From: Nemertoderma westbladi
Lineage: Eukaryota; Animalia; Xenacoelomorpha
DNA: 55,777 nucleotides
Assembly (NCBI GenBank): GCA_032718475.1
Contig: JAUCBJ010008875.1
Coordinates: 1 to 55,777 of the forward strand
Direction: 5' to 3'
Shown here: piece after piece, positions 1-13,077 of the stretch
How positions within the stretch are numbered: position 1 is the first letter of the stretch
Layout: each line of letters begins with the position of its first letter
Program-made: the position numbers and the translations under genes
The notes under the pieces: model-generated
Seen by the model: the letters and a program-made list of their open reading frames with translations, nothing else
Told to the model about the DNA's origin: nothing
Databases searched by the model: none

Positions 1-287
1 AGGTCGTGGTGGGCCTTAATTCTGGAGAATAAAGATGAGGTCATACCAGATCTACAGTACCGGTACTTTATGGTAACCACTAGAAAGTAGGCGTTACCGT
101 GATCGACAGGCTACTGTATGACATACAGTAGATATTATTATTACTATTTAATGTTTAATGCAGGCAACATAACATACATACAGAATAAATTTCATAATCA
201 GCCCATAGCGCCTATTATCCTACCTACAGCACAAGTATTAATGATTAAATATTAAACAGCAACCTGGCTATAAGAAGACAACAAAAC

Positions 288-916
288 TGTGACGGGATCC
301 AATGGAGTTGGCAGTTTGGACCCCGACCAGGGTGTGTGTTTGGGCTATACGGCGTATACGCATATATGGGCTATACGCGTCGCCGCGTCCGTAAGCTGCT
401 GAAAGGCTGTGGTATATGAATGTTAAGGCCGAAGGCCGTTCAAATAACTGAGTTTTAGTGTATAATATTAATAATATCAGATCCCATTAATAGATCAATC
501 AGAATATAATAGCACGGTAGTGACGACGGTTAAAAACCGTTCCGGTCTCGCAACTCTACAGATACCAACTGACAAGTACAACGGTTATATTGCTAACACA
601 TATTAGTTACTCCTACTGTACTGAGGGGCCTGGCCAATAGATGCGTTCCAATCACCTGTTTTCCCCTCCCATCATTGGCAAACCTAATTAATTTCCATCT
701 CACCACTCCCTGTTGCCACTGTCCCCAATTGCTAGCCCCTTTGTCCCCTGAGATGGCTTATGGCCTCTCAACTCTATACGTGGCCGGCAGCGTGTGTTGT
801 CTGAGTTGGTTATTTGGTGACATTATATTGATAATGTCACCTTCCCAACTGTAATTGGTAAAAGGCCACTTCCCTCATTTTCCACTGGGTAGTGTAGGGA
901 ATTTAATCCGCTTACA
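288..916 (-). repeat. 3' LTR of element A
   Basis: Begins TGT (288) and ends ACA (916), directly followed by ctcccccca, which is a purine tract on the minus strand. There is no second copy in the window to confirm the left edge. Confidence 0.65.
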
Positions 917-925
917 CTCCCCCCA
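917..925 (-). promoter_or_regulatory. Polypurine tract of element A
   Basis: The minus strand reads TGGGGGGAG immediately before TGTAAGCGG, the LTR start. Confidence 0.65.
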
Positions 926-1681
926 TGCTATCTTCCCAGTAAGAATAGCATCAACCATAGCATAGCATCAACCTTAAGTGCGCTTCAATTCCGCTGGAAT
1001 CCAATCTAATATTGGATGTGGGGTGGAATTCTCTTCTCGGGGTCAGCTTTCCAGGATGGCCCCCATGGGTCTGTTTTCACTACCCATCCTTGGTACATCT
1101 GCGAGCTAAGCTGTACCAAGGCATCTGGCCTCTCTGTTTTAGACGATCGCCTTCACTCCTCACACAATTTTATCTCTCGGACTTTGTTGTCCCTTCCTCT
1201 GTCACTAGTCCCTTAGGACTCATCCCCCTCCATGCTCGCTCCCCACACTTGAATCTCGCACCCTCCTACTTCCTCTTACCCTAACACTTCCTCCCCATAC
1301 TCTTCCCATACTCAACCCGTTTTATCTCCACTCACTTCTGTAGGGCCTCACATTCTCGTTTATGCCGTCGCAATCAAGAAGTGAGGTCCGTGTAGTGTCT
1401 CGTCCTCCTGTTTCAGTCAATTAGTCCCCAGTCCCAGTAGCTAATTGGAAAGGTCATATCTGACTATAGTACATATATTATGCTTTCTTTAATATTGATT
1501 AATTACCTATGTACATACTAATTGCACTTAGTTAATTGCACTTAGGAATTGTTTGTACTGGTCTGTCCATGTGGTGCCTTCCAGGCACATTGACATCGCT
1601 TGTCCTAGAGTTCTTCATCGCTCCTCCCGCACCCTCCGGGAACCATCTCAGTTCTTTACCCTTATTGTCGTCCTGTCTGGG

Positions 1682-4172
1682 TCACTTCTTCCCTGCCCAT
1701 TTACTCTTGAGGCTACTCATCCTTGCTGATACCGTCTTACCAAGCCCCGTTGTTGGTTCTTTGGGCGCAGTTGTTATTAACTCACGGTATCGCTTCGCAG
1801 GTGGTCCCACTGAATGTCCCTCCTGCTTCCCCCTGGTAGCGTCACACAAGATCATCTTCATCGCACGTGGCACGTGTTCCACCAGAAAATCCCTGAATTC
1901 TATCCTATTTTCTGGTGACCATCTATCCAGATATCTATGGGTGTTGATGACCCCTCCGTTTCATGCCGCTGTCGCTACCTCCTGATACGTGAATGGTAGT
2001 CTCCTCTTGGTAATCTGCTGGTGGGCTTGTAGATTAATGTTGAAGAAGCCCCACCGGAACTCCTGGGTCTTCATCCTTTGTCGTGTCATGACTCCAACGT
2101 CGGCCCACTCCTCAAAAATGCGAAACTTCTCCTCGTCCTCCATCCAGTCACACTGGCACCCAAAGTGCCCCCTAAACATGCACTTCAAACACCTGTGGTG
2201 CAACCTCGGGCACGCACCCATCCTGTGCGTAGACTTGCGGCAGTAAAGACACACCATCCCCTTCTGGTAACAGTATATACAGTTCTTTTGCTGATGGGTT
2301 AGTCTCCCACAGTAATCACAACCATCTATCATTGTCTCTCGCCCCAAGTCGTCCTTGGCTCCACATAGCCTCCTGGGTCTGTGGAGCTGCTGGTAGGTAA
2401 ACATTTCAACGTTGTCTTCCCTACCCATATCGACGTTCTCCTCCTCCCTCGGCATCCTTTCTCCAAACACTACCCGTGGTGCCTTCCCCGGTTGCTCGCC
2501 CAGTTGGATTGTGCTCGCCGCGAAGTCCGTTGCCAGCTCCCCGTGCTACCAGGTCCGCTAGCCGGGTGCGTCCCAGAAGGCTCTCGCCCCGCTGGCTGTC
2601 ACCACTCTCCCATCCACCCAGTCCGTGTCCGAGCAGCCGATTCTCTCTATCGGCGGCATTGCCCCGAACTCATCCTCCTCCTCTTCCCCCGCCGGGACCG
2701 GATCCAAACCTAGGATCCTGGTCTGGTATTCCTTCCACCCATCCACCTCCCTCGGTCTCTACCTTCCGTAGTCGCCCTCAGACCCTGCAGGCATGGGCAT
2801 GGGCATTCCTTGCAGCCACAATGTAGACTTTATCCATGTATCTTCCATCCAACCCAGTTCGTCCCCCAGCCGAAACTCGATGAGTACCCTCTCCGATCCC
2901 CACCTCAGCTTGTCAAAATCCTGAGCTTTGAACTCGTACTCCCCTCCCCTTAAATCTGCCTCTCTGCCCGCTGCCTCTATTCTCTCTCTTCTGGCGACTT
3001 CCTCTAGTCTCCTCTCCTCAACTCTATCCACCACCTGTTTCTCCCATCGCTTATACGGTGTGTCTACCTCTCTGCCCACCAGGTGTCGGGTATTGTAATA
3101 CACCGAGTTGCCCTTCAGCCCTGGGTGGTCTACAAGACCTTCTAGGGCCACCCTAAAGGCCCTCCTGTGGCTCAGAGCTGATCCCGATAGTAGAAACGCC
3201 GCCGGCTCCCTGCCGATAGTCACCATGATAAATAGGTTTAGCAAGCCTATCACTATCCAGTCCTCCTGTAGGATATATCTCTTCTGATATATCTTTAATG
3301 CTCCCTTCCGGAAGTGATATAGCTCCTCCTTCCCCTGTCTTGCTCCCCATTTGAGTGAGTTTGCAAGTTCCGCTCCGTATTCCTCCCGGAACTTGTTCCA
3401 CTCCATCGGCTTGTGGCAGACGAGTCCCATCAGTTGGCCCATCACAACGGCTCCGTAATGTCCCGTGTTGTCCACCAATCCCAATCCATCTGGTTTCATC
3501 ATAGCCATGTAGACTACCTGCATGTCCAGAAGATTCAGGATGCCTGGTCCAATAATTCTGACCACGTTGCCGCGTATCACCGATCCCACCTTGACCGTAG
3601 TCTTCAGTCTCACTAGCTCCTGTACCACACTCGGCAACTAGTTTAACTTCGGTCCGCTCCTCTTCCTGTAGGTCCCTGGGTCAAATAGAAAAATATCTCC
3701 GTTCGGCGCCACTAAGTGCAGCAATATGGTTCTAGCCAATCCTCCCGACCCCCATCTCGAGCCCTCGTCGTCCTCCACAGTCCCTTCGTCGCCTAGGACC
3801 ATGTATCCACCCCTCTCCATGGAATCCACAAACCTCCTCCACTCCTTCCTTGGTGGTTCCCTCGGGTACTTTGGTATCCTGAACCTAGCCTTATCCCCAT
3901 TTACAACGTAGCAAAGATGCTCATCGATCGCGTTGTCTAACGATGGCGTCCCTTAGGTTCCGACCAGTCGTCGCTCGTGCATCTCCATAAACTGATCCTG
4001 TAGTGCGTGCGCTTTGTGACCCTTCGGGCGTGATTTGTAGTATCTCTTCGTCTTGTTTTCTGGATGCCTCAGTAATCCACTAGTAACTCCTTTCTACTCT
4101 TCTCCAACTTCCTCTTCTTCACTAGTTTCTCCGCCATCACAAATCCACTCACTCTCATCGAACTGGTGGGGC
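1682..4172 (-). pseudogene. 3' accessory ORF of element A (about 830 codons, three CCHC knuckles, in-frame stops)
   Basis: Track ORFs 3638-3829, 2759-3637, 2558-2746, 1961-2470 and 1682-1882 are all in one frame. Knuckles are CDYCGRLTHQQKNC, CLYCRKSTHRMGAC and CLKCMFRGHFGCQC. Confidence 0.75.
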
Positions 4173-4609
4173 CTTAGAAAGGCTCAGTTAGTTAGTTAGG
4201 GTTACTAAATAAGATCGTATTAGCTTTGATTAGCAATGGCCTACCTCCTATCTGCTGGTTTTGCTACCTTTCAGTACAAATATTCCCCTATGTGTCAATT
4301 TTTGCTCCTAATTTAAATTTTGTCCGTTGCTTTTATTAATGATACTAGAATTGTCCTCCCCAGTTGTTATAATTTTATTACTTTGTTATTATTTTATATT
4401 CTCCCCTATATGTGCCATTATTCTATCCGCTACTTGATTACTATATAAGTAATCCATTCCTACTTATATACAGAGAAGACTAGCTAAAGTTTTCCTATTG
4501 TCATACTAGCTTCCTACCAGACAGTCTCCTGGCTCTGTATCAATACCCTAAGTCTGTACTACAGGCTATGCGCTACAGTAGTCTAGTTCGGGCGGCCTAC
4601 ACGGTTTAT

Positions 4610-5060
4610 TCTATTGTGCCTACATACCCCCCTCAACTCCTCACATGGCGCCCTCAATGCCCACAATAGTACGTATTACGTGTTGTTGGTCCCATTGACC
4701 CGGCTTGTGCTGGTATTTATTAAATACGTTGGCACATTGTGCCCATCAGACGTACGCAATGTATACCCCTCCTAATCCCCACTATGGTACTGTGTACCCT
4801 TTCCTACAGTATGCGTACATACCCCCCTCAACTCCTCACGTGGCGCCCTCAGTTCCCACAATAGGGCGTATTACGTATCTATGGTACTGTGTACCCTTCC
4901 ACCACAGTATGCATTTATACCCCCCTCCAACTCCTCACGTGGCGCCCTCAGTGCCCACAATAGTGCGTATTACATATCTATGGTACTGTGTACCCTTCCA
5001 CCATGGTATGCGTGCATACCCCTCACGTGGCGCCCTCAGTGCCCACAATAGTGCGTATGT
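4610..5060. repeat. Imperfect tandem repeat of about 100 bp in the spacer between integrase and the accessory ORF
   Basis: cctcac[ag]tggcgccctca[ag]t[gt]cccacaatag recurs four times. Confidence 0.85.
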
Positions 5061-5312
5061 AAATTAGGTATATTGGTACATTTGTACCCATCCGACGTAC
5101 GTAATTGTAACTACCTACACTTATATTATTATGTACGTTGGTACGTCCGTACCCATCAGACATACATAATTTCTACCTACAGCATACATTGGTACTAGTG
5201 TTTTACTACTTAATTTATTTTATTTTCATTTTATTTTTGTTTAGTGTGTGGGAAGGGTGTCTCGCCCTCATTCCCACCCCCTCAATCCAATATATTGGAC
5301 GACTCAACTAGC

Positions 5313-7485
5313 TTAGGGCGACCCCTCCAATAGGCAATACTTCCCTACAGCCCTCCTGTAGGTCTTCCCTCCGATTCTCACTTCCACGGATTTGATTTTT
5401 CCATCTTTGCCGGGGTAACACTCCACTACCCTGGCCAGCCTCCAGTAATTGTTGATAAATGTGTCATCTGTGACAATTATCAAGTCACCCTTCCTCAGCT
5501 CCCTCTGGTTATTCCTCCATTTGCTCCTCTATGCAGTGTTGGAAGGTACTCTTGTATCCACCTTGTCCAATACTCTGCACTTATCGCCTTAACCACCTTC
5601 CAGCTTTGACGCGAATGTATATCGTCTGGGTCAATGTTTCGCATGTCAATCGTCACTGGTCTCTCCATCTGCTTCAGCAGGTGTGCTGGGGTTAGGACGT
5701 CGATCGATTCTGGATCTTCATTCTCGGGATACAATGGACAGCTGTTGATGATTCCCTCGCATTTTGCCAGCACTGTCCTTAGCACATCCTCAGTGACCAT
5801 ATGGTTATTCATGAGCTTGGTCATGAGTTGTTTGGAGCTTCCCACGAGTCGCTCTACGCATTCCCAGCGTATGCGACGTGTATGGCGTTCTCCTCTCCCA
5901 TCTGATTAGGTGTTTCCTCATCGCTGCCTTGACATCTTTGCCCCCCAAAATGTGAAGGGCCTCCGCTAACTCGTTCTATGCGCCCACGAAGTTAGTCCCG
6001 TTATCTGAATATAATACCTCAACCTCAACCTCACGAACCTCTCCAATGCATTAATAAATGCCGACGCCGTGGCGTCCTGGGCAAGTTCTATCCCCACTGC
6101 CCTCGTGTTATTGCAGACGATGATAATGCCATAGCGTTTCTCATCACATGTCGCATCAGCTTCATCTTAATCGGCCCGACCATGTCCACGTCGCAATGTA
6201 TGAATGGTGGGTCGTGGTGGGATCAGGGCACTGATGTTGTTCACCACCCTGGAGTACATGACCAGGATTCCATCCTTGTCCAATTGTGGTGACAGCAGGT
6301 GAATTCCTCTGTACTTGGATCTACCTTCCTCATCGGTGGCCACTTGGACCTGTCATTCAGGAAGTGCAGGCCATGCTGCCACAACTCCTGCTTCCTTGAG
6401 AAAGCGTGGCGTACAACGCACCTCGATAGCTAATCTGCTGGATTGTCGTCAGTTGGGCAGTAGTGCCACTTCTCCAAGTCTGATGTTGCTCTTATCTCAT
6501 CTACTCTATGCGAGTCATCTACATGAGTATGGGATAAGGCATCTTCTCTTTATGCAACCATCTCAACACTACCATGGAATCTGTCCAGTAGTGAGTCTCC
6601 ACTATACTTGGTATAGTGTCCACCAAGTATGCTGTCGCTCTCACTCCTAATCTCGCAACCATAGGCTCGAGTTTTGGCACTGATGCTGAATCTGGTGGCG
6701 TCGACCTCGCTTTTTTACTAAACGCAAGCCTGGGCTTATGAGCCCCCTTCCGCTGTACCAAATAAAGTGCCACACCATATGCTTCCAGGGATGCATCGGA
6801 GAACATATGTAGTTCTAAATCGGTCATGTCTCCATCCGGGAAGTCGTGGCATACTATAAGTCCCCATTTCTTCGAGGCTCCCTGTCAATTTCTGCCACAG
6901 TTTGCTTATCTCCACTGGGACCTCCAAATCCCAGTCGTCTTTAATCTTGTAGACTTTCTTCAATATTTGTTTCCCCATGACTAACAATGGGGATGCTAGA
7001 CCTAGTGGATCGTAAATCCTTGCTATGTATGACACATAGCCCCGTTTAGTATGGATCCGGGCTCCTTCTTGACTTAGTTGATACTCCAGCTCATCTGTCT
7101 CCTGGTTCCATACGATCCCTAGTGCCTTCTACTGTGATTCTATTCTCTTGTCCACCATGGTCTGGTCCTTTATCGTCATAGGCTTATCTAGTTTTCCCTC
7201 CGGTTGTTTATCCTCTACGGCTTCCATGAATTCTTTAGAGTTAGAGTGGAATTTGGTCAAGTTTAATCCTGATCCCTTCAGGATGTCGCGAACTTTGCGC
7301 CCTGTGTCGAGGATCTCCTTAACCGAGTTTCCACAACCCATTCCATCGTCCACATAGAACCCGCGTCAAATCATATCGATCACCTTCTCTCTGTACTCCC
7401 CCTCTTTGCCTTCCACTGTTTCTCTTACGGCCATAGTCATGGTAAATGAGGACGATTTGGCCCCCATATTCTGTACCACCATCTT
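5313..7485 (-). pseudogene. Element A pol remnant (RT, Pao RNase H, integrase)
   Basis: YVDDG, IYDPLG, LHMFSDAS, WTDSMVVL, YSDNGTNFVG, EGIINSCPL and YWTRWIQEYLP. Ends RAVGKYCLLEGSP*. Multiple frameshifts. Confidence 0.9.
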
Positions 7486-7679
7486 GTATATATATATATA
7501 TTGTTTATTGACAATCGGTATAAGATATGTAAATAGATACAAACACCACTCATCCCTTGGAGAACCAAAAGTCCAAATTGCACAGGCACAAGTGAAACTG
7601 AAACTATAGACAGCACCTACAATAAATAAATGTCATTTATGAAATACACAACTACAATACAAAAAAAACAACTGTAAAT

Positions 7680-8939
7680 CAGCCCAGTACAGCCATCGAT
7701 TTTCGAAGAGAAACTTAAAACTGATTTTTGCAGGTGGCCCATGGCGGTCATTTCCCTATGATGGGACTAGGAGAGCCAGACTGACAGAGAGAATTCACAA
7801 CCTAGGCCTATCTCATACACTACTGAATATAGCTGAATTGGCTTGCTGTAAGGCATTTTACTGCTTTAATTTAGATCATTGGTTTAGGCCTATTTCATTT
7901 ATGCATGGCAAAATGACCATGTTCTCAAACGAAGGATGACGGACTTAGTAGCGCTGAACTGGAAACGAAAGGAGATTCTAGTTAGTCTTACAAAGGAATT
8001 TGACACTTACCCATCTTTGAAATCACTTGATATAGAAGACTTTGTTTTTTCGAAATTAATTACATTACTTACAACACTACTTTAGAGAGTGTAAGGAACA
8101 CTGTAGTAATCCAAGAACTGGATGGACCAGGAAGGGATCTCGGGTATTGGGCCTTACATTTGAAATTACGGACTTTCCATGGAATCAAGGTGCCACGGTC
8201 TCTTGTATACCAAATAATTGGGGACATTGCCCCAGACATTTTGGAGGCTAGAAGATTAGAGAACAGGAAAAAACCTTATTTGACCCCGTTTCAGTCCGAT
8301 GATGTGGTTGCTATCTTGTGACGGTCACGACAAACTGTGTGGTTTTCAAAACTCTTGCAGAATATGCTGTAATGTCACAATGCTGGATTGTTGCTGGTGT
8401 ATGGGTTAGGCCTAGGCTGTGAATTCTCTCTGTCAGTCTGGCTCTCCTAGTCCCATCATAGGGAAATGACCGCCATGGCCCACCTGCAAAAATCAGTTTT
8501 AAGTTTCTCTTCGAAAATCGATGGCTGTACTGGGCTGCCTTGCATGGCCCATTGGAGCCACAGCCTGCAATTGATTGTAAGGGTAAAAGGTGGCCGCCGT
8601 AGTCCTTGGCTAATAGGGTGACTGTAATGGGCCGTGTGCACAAATCGAAAATGAAATGAAAACGAAAGTTAAAGTAAAAGTAAAACTAAAATGAAATCGA
8701 AAGTGAATGTAAAACTAAAACTAATATTAAAACGAAAGAGAAAGTAAAACTAAAATTAAAACGAAAGTGAAAGTAAAACTAATTGGAAACGAAAGTGAAA
8801 GTAAATTTAATGTTTTTTTTAATTGTACTTGAAATGTACTTTGAATTGTAGTATTTTAAATAGAAACATTAAATTAAATGAAATTTAATTCACCCAAAAA
8901 TTAATAAATAATATGTAGTGGCTCTAATGGGCCACCATA
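7680..8939 (+). mobile_element. Rearranged IS3EU-like DNA transposon remnant inserted in element A pol
   Basis: Transposase-like fragment ELDGPGRDLGYWALHLKLRTFHGIKVPRSLVYQI at about 8114-8260. A 130-bp inverted repeat at 7680-7810/8407-8537. A second inverted pair, tggcccattggagccac (about 8546) and gtggctctaatgggccaccata (ending 8939). An aaaacgaaagt-type array at 8645-8800. The family assignment is from memory. Confidence 0.55.
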
Positions 8940-10083
8940 CTGATGCTCTCCTGCGCCTGTTTGTCCTCTACTGAGGTTCCCACCCCGGTATCCTTCAACC
9001 CCTCGAAGTCCTGCCATAGCAGCCTCTTGAGTTGCTCCTCTGCCCCCTCATCCTCCATTTCCCTCATTGTTTCCGTGAACATGCACCCTGAGGATTCGGA
9101 CACGCTGAATGGGATTCTTGTCTTTATAGGGCCACTGAGCATCCATCTGAATGGCGTGAGAATGGCCACCGGGTCTCGCTCCTTATCCTCGCCGAAGACG
9201 GTCTGTAGTCCTGTGGGCCATCGGACAGTCCATGCCGACGATGAGAGATACTTTTAGATGTACAGTTCGGACAAGGAGAAGTCGACATTGTCCAGGTACT
9301 GCTATTGCTCGATCTCGATCTTCATAGGTCGCCTGGCATTATGGTTGATCGACTCTATTACTCGGATGGGTTCGATGGTACCATCCCCTTCCTCTTTGTT
9401 CCCATGGTGCTTATCGCCATCGTCTGGCCTCCAGTCCCATCAGTCTCGGCATATTTAATGGGTGGCTCCTGGCATTCATCCTTTCTGTGTCCTCTTTCTG
9501 CGCATCGATGACATATTCCATTCTTACCGGTGTAGGCTATTCAATCTTAATTAAGCAACGCTTGCCAATGTTTACAGTTTATGGTCTTATGTGTGCCGAA
9601 CCTGTGTCATTGGCATTTGTATTCGGGATTGTAGCATTCATTATATAGTGCTTCACGTATTGCGCTTAGATTCAGATCTAGCTGTTTAGTGTTTTGGTTA
9701 CTTGGACTCGGCCTACTTGGGGTATTGGGTTTGTATTTGTTCGTGTTGTTACTTTGTTTCTGTCCCTGCCATGGTGTGGCTCTACTCCCAGCTCCCTGCA
9801 GACTTGTAGTCCCCTGTGTGGTTGCATACGGTAGTGACTGCCTCACCTTCGGAAGTGCATTCGCCGCACTATGTTCGGGTTTAGGTTGGCTGTATTCCGT
9901 TTTCGGTACCTTGCCTAGACTGTCCTCACTATAGACTGGATCCGTTATTAACTCCGCATCGTAGTTAAGGAAGTTAAACATCTCCTCCAACCCTGGCCCC
10001 GCACCTTTCTTTTCTTTAGTGGAGAAAGCGATCTTTCTCCATTTGTTTCTTAGCCAAATTGGAAGTGCCTGTGCTATTGTGGT
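8940..10083 (-). pseudogene. Element A gag C-terminal half and post-protease remnant
   Basis: TIAQALPIWLRNKW...LEEMFNFL and AILTPFRWMLSGP...LKRLLWQDF. Confidence 0.75.
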
Positions 10084-11550
10084 ACTACTACTACTACTAG
10101 GATCTGCATGCTGCGTTGCAGCTGCGTTTTTAAGAATGCTGTGCCGGCTTATCGACAAAATTGCACCGCCACAACTTCCTATCACCTATGACATTTGCTA
10201 GATCATCCGCATCTTCAAGGCCAGTGTCTTTTAAGATGCGTCTCAAGAAAGGCCTTGAAGAAGTCAACAAAGATAACAGCCAGATGCCTGTCTTTCTTTT
10301 TTGATAACTCTTCAATTATCCTTCTAAGTACCAAAATTGGCTCCATGGTCCACGACCTTTATGGAACCCATTCTGATTTCCATGGAGCAGTCTCTCAATG
10401 GGATCCCTGATGCGATTTAATAGAATTCTATTGTATAGCTTTGCAGCAATCGAGATCAATGAGATTCCCCGAAAAGAACCATAGAGTGTTAGGTTGCCCT
10501 TCTTGGGAACTGGCACCAACTTATTTGTTTTCATTTCTTGTGGGACTCTTATTGTTCGGTACATGTCTACTATGATGGGATAGATGAGCTTTAAACACTC
10601 AGGTATTTTAAAGACCTCAGGGGGAATACCATCTACTCCACTGGCACAATTGGTCTTAATGCTCTTTGCAGCAGCCTTCACTTCTGCAAAGGAGATATCA
10701 CCAATGGGAATATCTGGGAGTACAGACTCAGACACTTTTACTTCTATAAAGTTATCAGGCAATACCCTGTCATTATTGAGGAGCTTTTCATTGAGGCGAT
10801 CGGCTGGTGATTCAGCCTTAACCTTGGTGGTTGGTTGGCTTTTTCGACCAGCAAGCAAGTTGATCGATCTCCATGCCTGGGATGATTGCCTGCTGTCGTC
10901 AGCATCATTGATGGCATCGACCCGTTGGTTTATTAGCTCCTGTAAAATTACAGAGTACTGCCTGTTCAGGGACCTAGATGCAGCCTTAACTGCATTCTTG
11001 GCCGCTGTAGTCTGTTTGAGTCGGGACTCTTTCTGCGCCTTGTAGAGGTCATTTCGGCACTTCTGAATTTTGTTGTCAGTCCAGGGGGCCCATTTCCTGT
11101 TTCGAGGGTATACAGGAACTGTTTCTGCAGCTGCTAACTTAACTGCCTCTGTGAAGGCAGTATAGCCCTCACAGTGATCTGCCGCCTCAGAGGCAAGAAC
11201 CTCATACCTGTTGCTCAGCTGTAGTGTGAAGATGGATCTCACACTTGGCTGTTGCAACAGAGATGCCGCGGCAAGGCAGATTTCGTTGTTCTGCTAGCAT
11301 GCAGACTAAGTCTTACCTTGGCCACAATAAGGAGGTGATTACTGGAGAAGGGTCGTAGTGTAATCTTGTATAGAGCTCCTGTATTTCCTACGAAACAGGA
11401 TATGGTCTATCTGGGACTTGTGACAACTGGGTCCACTATGAGTCCATAGCTTTCCAGCTCTCTTCTTGAACTGGATTCCAGCCGAAAACAATCCATTTCC
11501 AGAGATAAAATCCTGAAGATGGACGGAATTTCGGTGGCTATCCTAGGCTC
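10084..11550 (-). mobile_element. RTE-clade LINE, internally deleted, inserted in element A gag
   Basis: (TAG)n tail at 10084-10100. ORF 10316-11257 contains LSNRYEVL, ASGVDGIPPE, PVPKKGNL, FRGISL and NQNGF. The 3' end is nearly identical to the copy at 21.3-22.2 kb. Confidence 0.9.
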
Positions 11551-11579
11551 CTAGGCTCATCACCACGCTATCCGGTAAC

Positions 11580-13077
11580 TACAACAGCAGAAAAGTCTAC
11601 AGATGATTGGTATAACGAACCGATAACATCTGCTGAGGTTGAAGAAACAGTGGGAGCCTTGTCAAATAAGAAGGCATGTGGCCCAGATAAACTTTATAAC
11701 GAGCATATAAAGCAATCGTTACCAATAATTATAACACTACTCGTTTATTTGTATAATTTGTGTCTGAAGGCTGGTTCAGTGCCGGTCTCGTGGGGAATTA
11801 GCATAATTAAAGTATTGTACAAAGGCGAGATAAATCCTCGCCAGATAATTATAGAGATAGGGATAGCGCTGATTAGTGTGCTGTTGAAACTACTCACAGC
11901 TATTATAAATAGACCGGTGAGAAAACATTTAAATCACCTATACCATGGGAGCAATTCGGGTTTACACGCGGTAAATCAACAATCCAAGCAATAGGAAAGT
12001 TGCTCAGCGATATATCTGCTATGGAGATAGCCCGAATAGAGTTATATATGCGGCCTTCATAGGCTTTAGGAAGGCGTTCGATATGGTGAACAGAACAATC
12101 TTGGCGTACAAACTCTATCATTCTTTTGGCATAAAAGGTAAAATTTTCCACCTAATCATCGGCATCCTACGGAATTGGATTAAAGTATTCGATGGGATCA
12201 AGTTCTCCAACAAGATCAGGCAACTCCGCGATATCTTGCAGGGTGATTCATTCTCACCCACTTGTTTCTTAATATTCATAGCTGATATAGCTATTGTTCT
12301 ACGCCAATTAGCTGCAACACTGAGGTTCATCTTTTTCACAGATGATCTTGTGATATACTCAACAGTCCGCAGCGACATCCAACAAGCCTTAAATGAATTA
12401 GAGAAATGGTGCAACCAAAATGGTATGGAACTCAATATAAAAAAGACAACGATTATCAAATTTAGACGGGCTGGCCGACTAGCACATTTAGATGTATTTA
12501 CATATGCTGGACAAAAAGTTGAAGTAGCAAACCAATATGAATATCTGGGAATTGTATTGCAGCCGTCTCTTTGTTTCTCAAAGCATGTACAACAAAAAAA
12601 GCGAAAATCATTTGCAGCTATTGGTTGCCTTTCTAACCTACAGATGTTGTCAATAACTACGGGTATAAAAATTTTTGAAATGAATATCTCGCCAATGGTT
12701 GTTTATGCATTCTCGGAGATTGGAAAATTGTTCACTCTCGAAAATTTAAAGGAACTAGACAGAATAAAATTTGCATTTATCAAGAAGCTCCTAGGTCTAC
12801 CAAAAAACGCCTCGGCAACGATGGCCATGAAACTTACTGGATGTCCTACTTTAATTGAAAAATGTAATGAAACGATATTCAATCCGATGATCTTGGAACA
12901 ATACAGGAATCACCGCCATGAACGCGAACAAAATTTCGAATTAGAAAATTATTCAGCGGGGCCAGCCATTTTGCTCGGATGTATGGTGGCAACCACTTCA
13001 ACGCAATCATCATTTGGTAACACGACTCACAGCCCATGGATTCCATTATAAAATATGTGAAAACGCCATTCCATTCC
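11580..13077 (+). mobile_element. 5'-truncated LINE RT fragment (L2/Crack/Daphne group)
   Basis: KACGPDKLYNE, ILQGDSFSP, FFTDDLVI and YEYLG motifs. Ends in a ccattccattcc tail abutting element A gag. Confidence 0.8.

Noticed and set aside
2759-3637. Accessory ORF as an env glycoprotein
   Set aside because: No signal peptide or C-terminal anchor is apparent. There is only one marginal internal hydrophobic stretch, and the protein is charged and ends in zinc knuckles.
12879-13077. C-terminus of the 255-aa ORF and N-terminus of the 9607-10185 ORF as novel fusion proteins
   Set aside because: These are read-through across gag/LINE junctions in a dead element.
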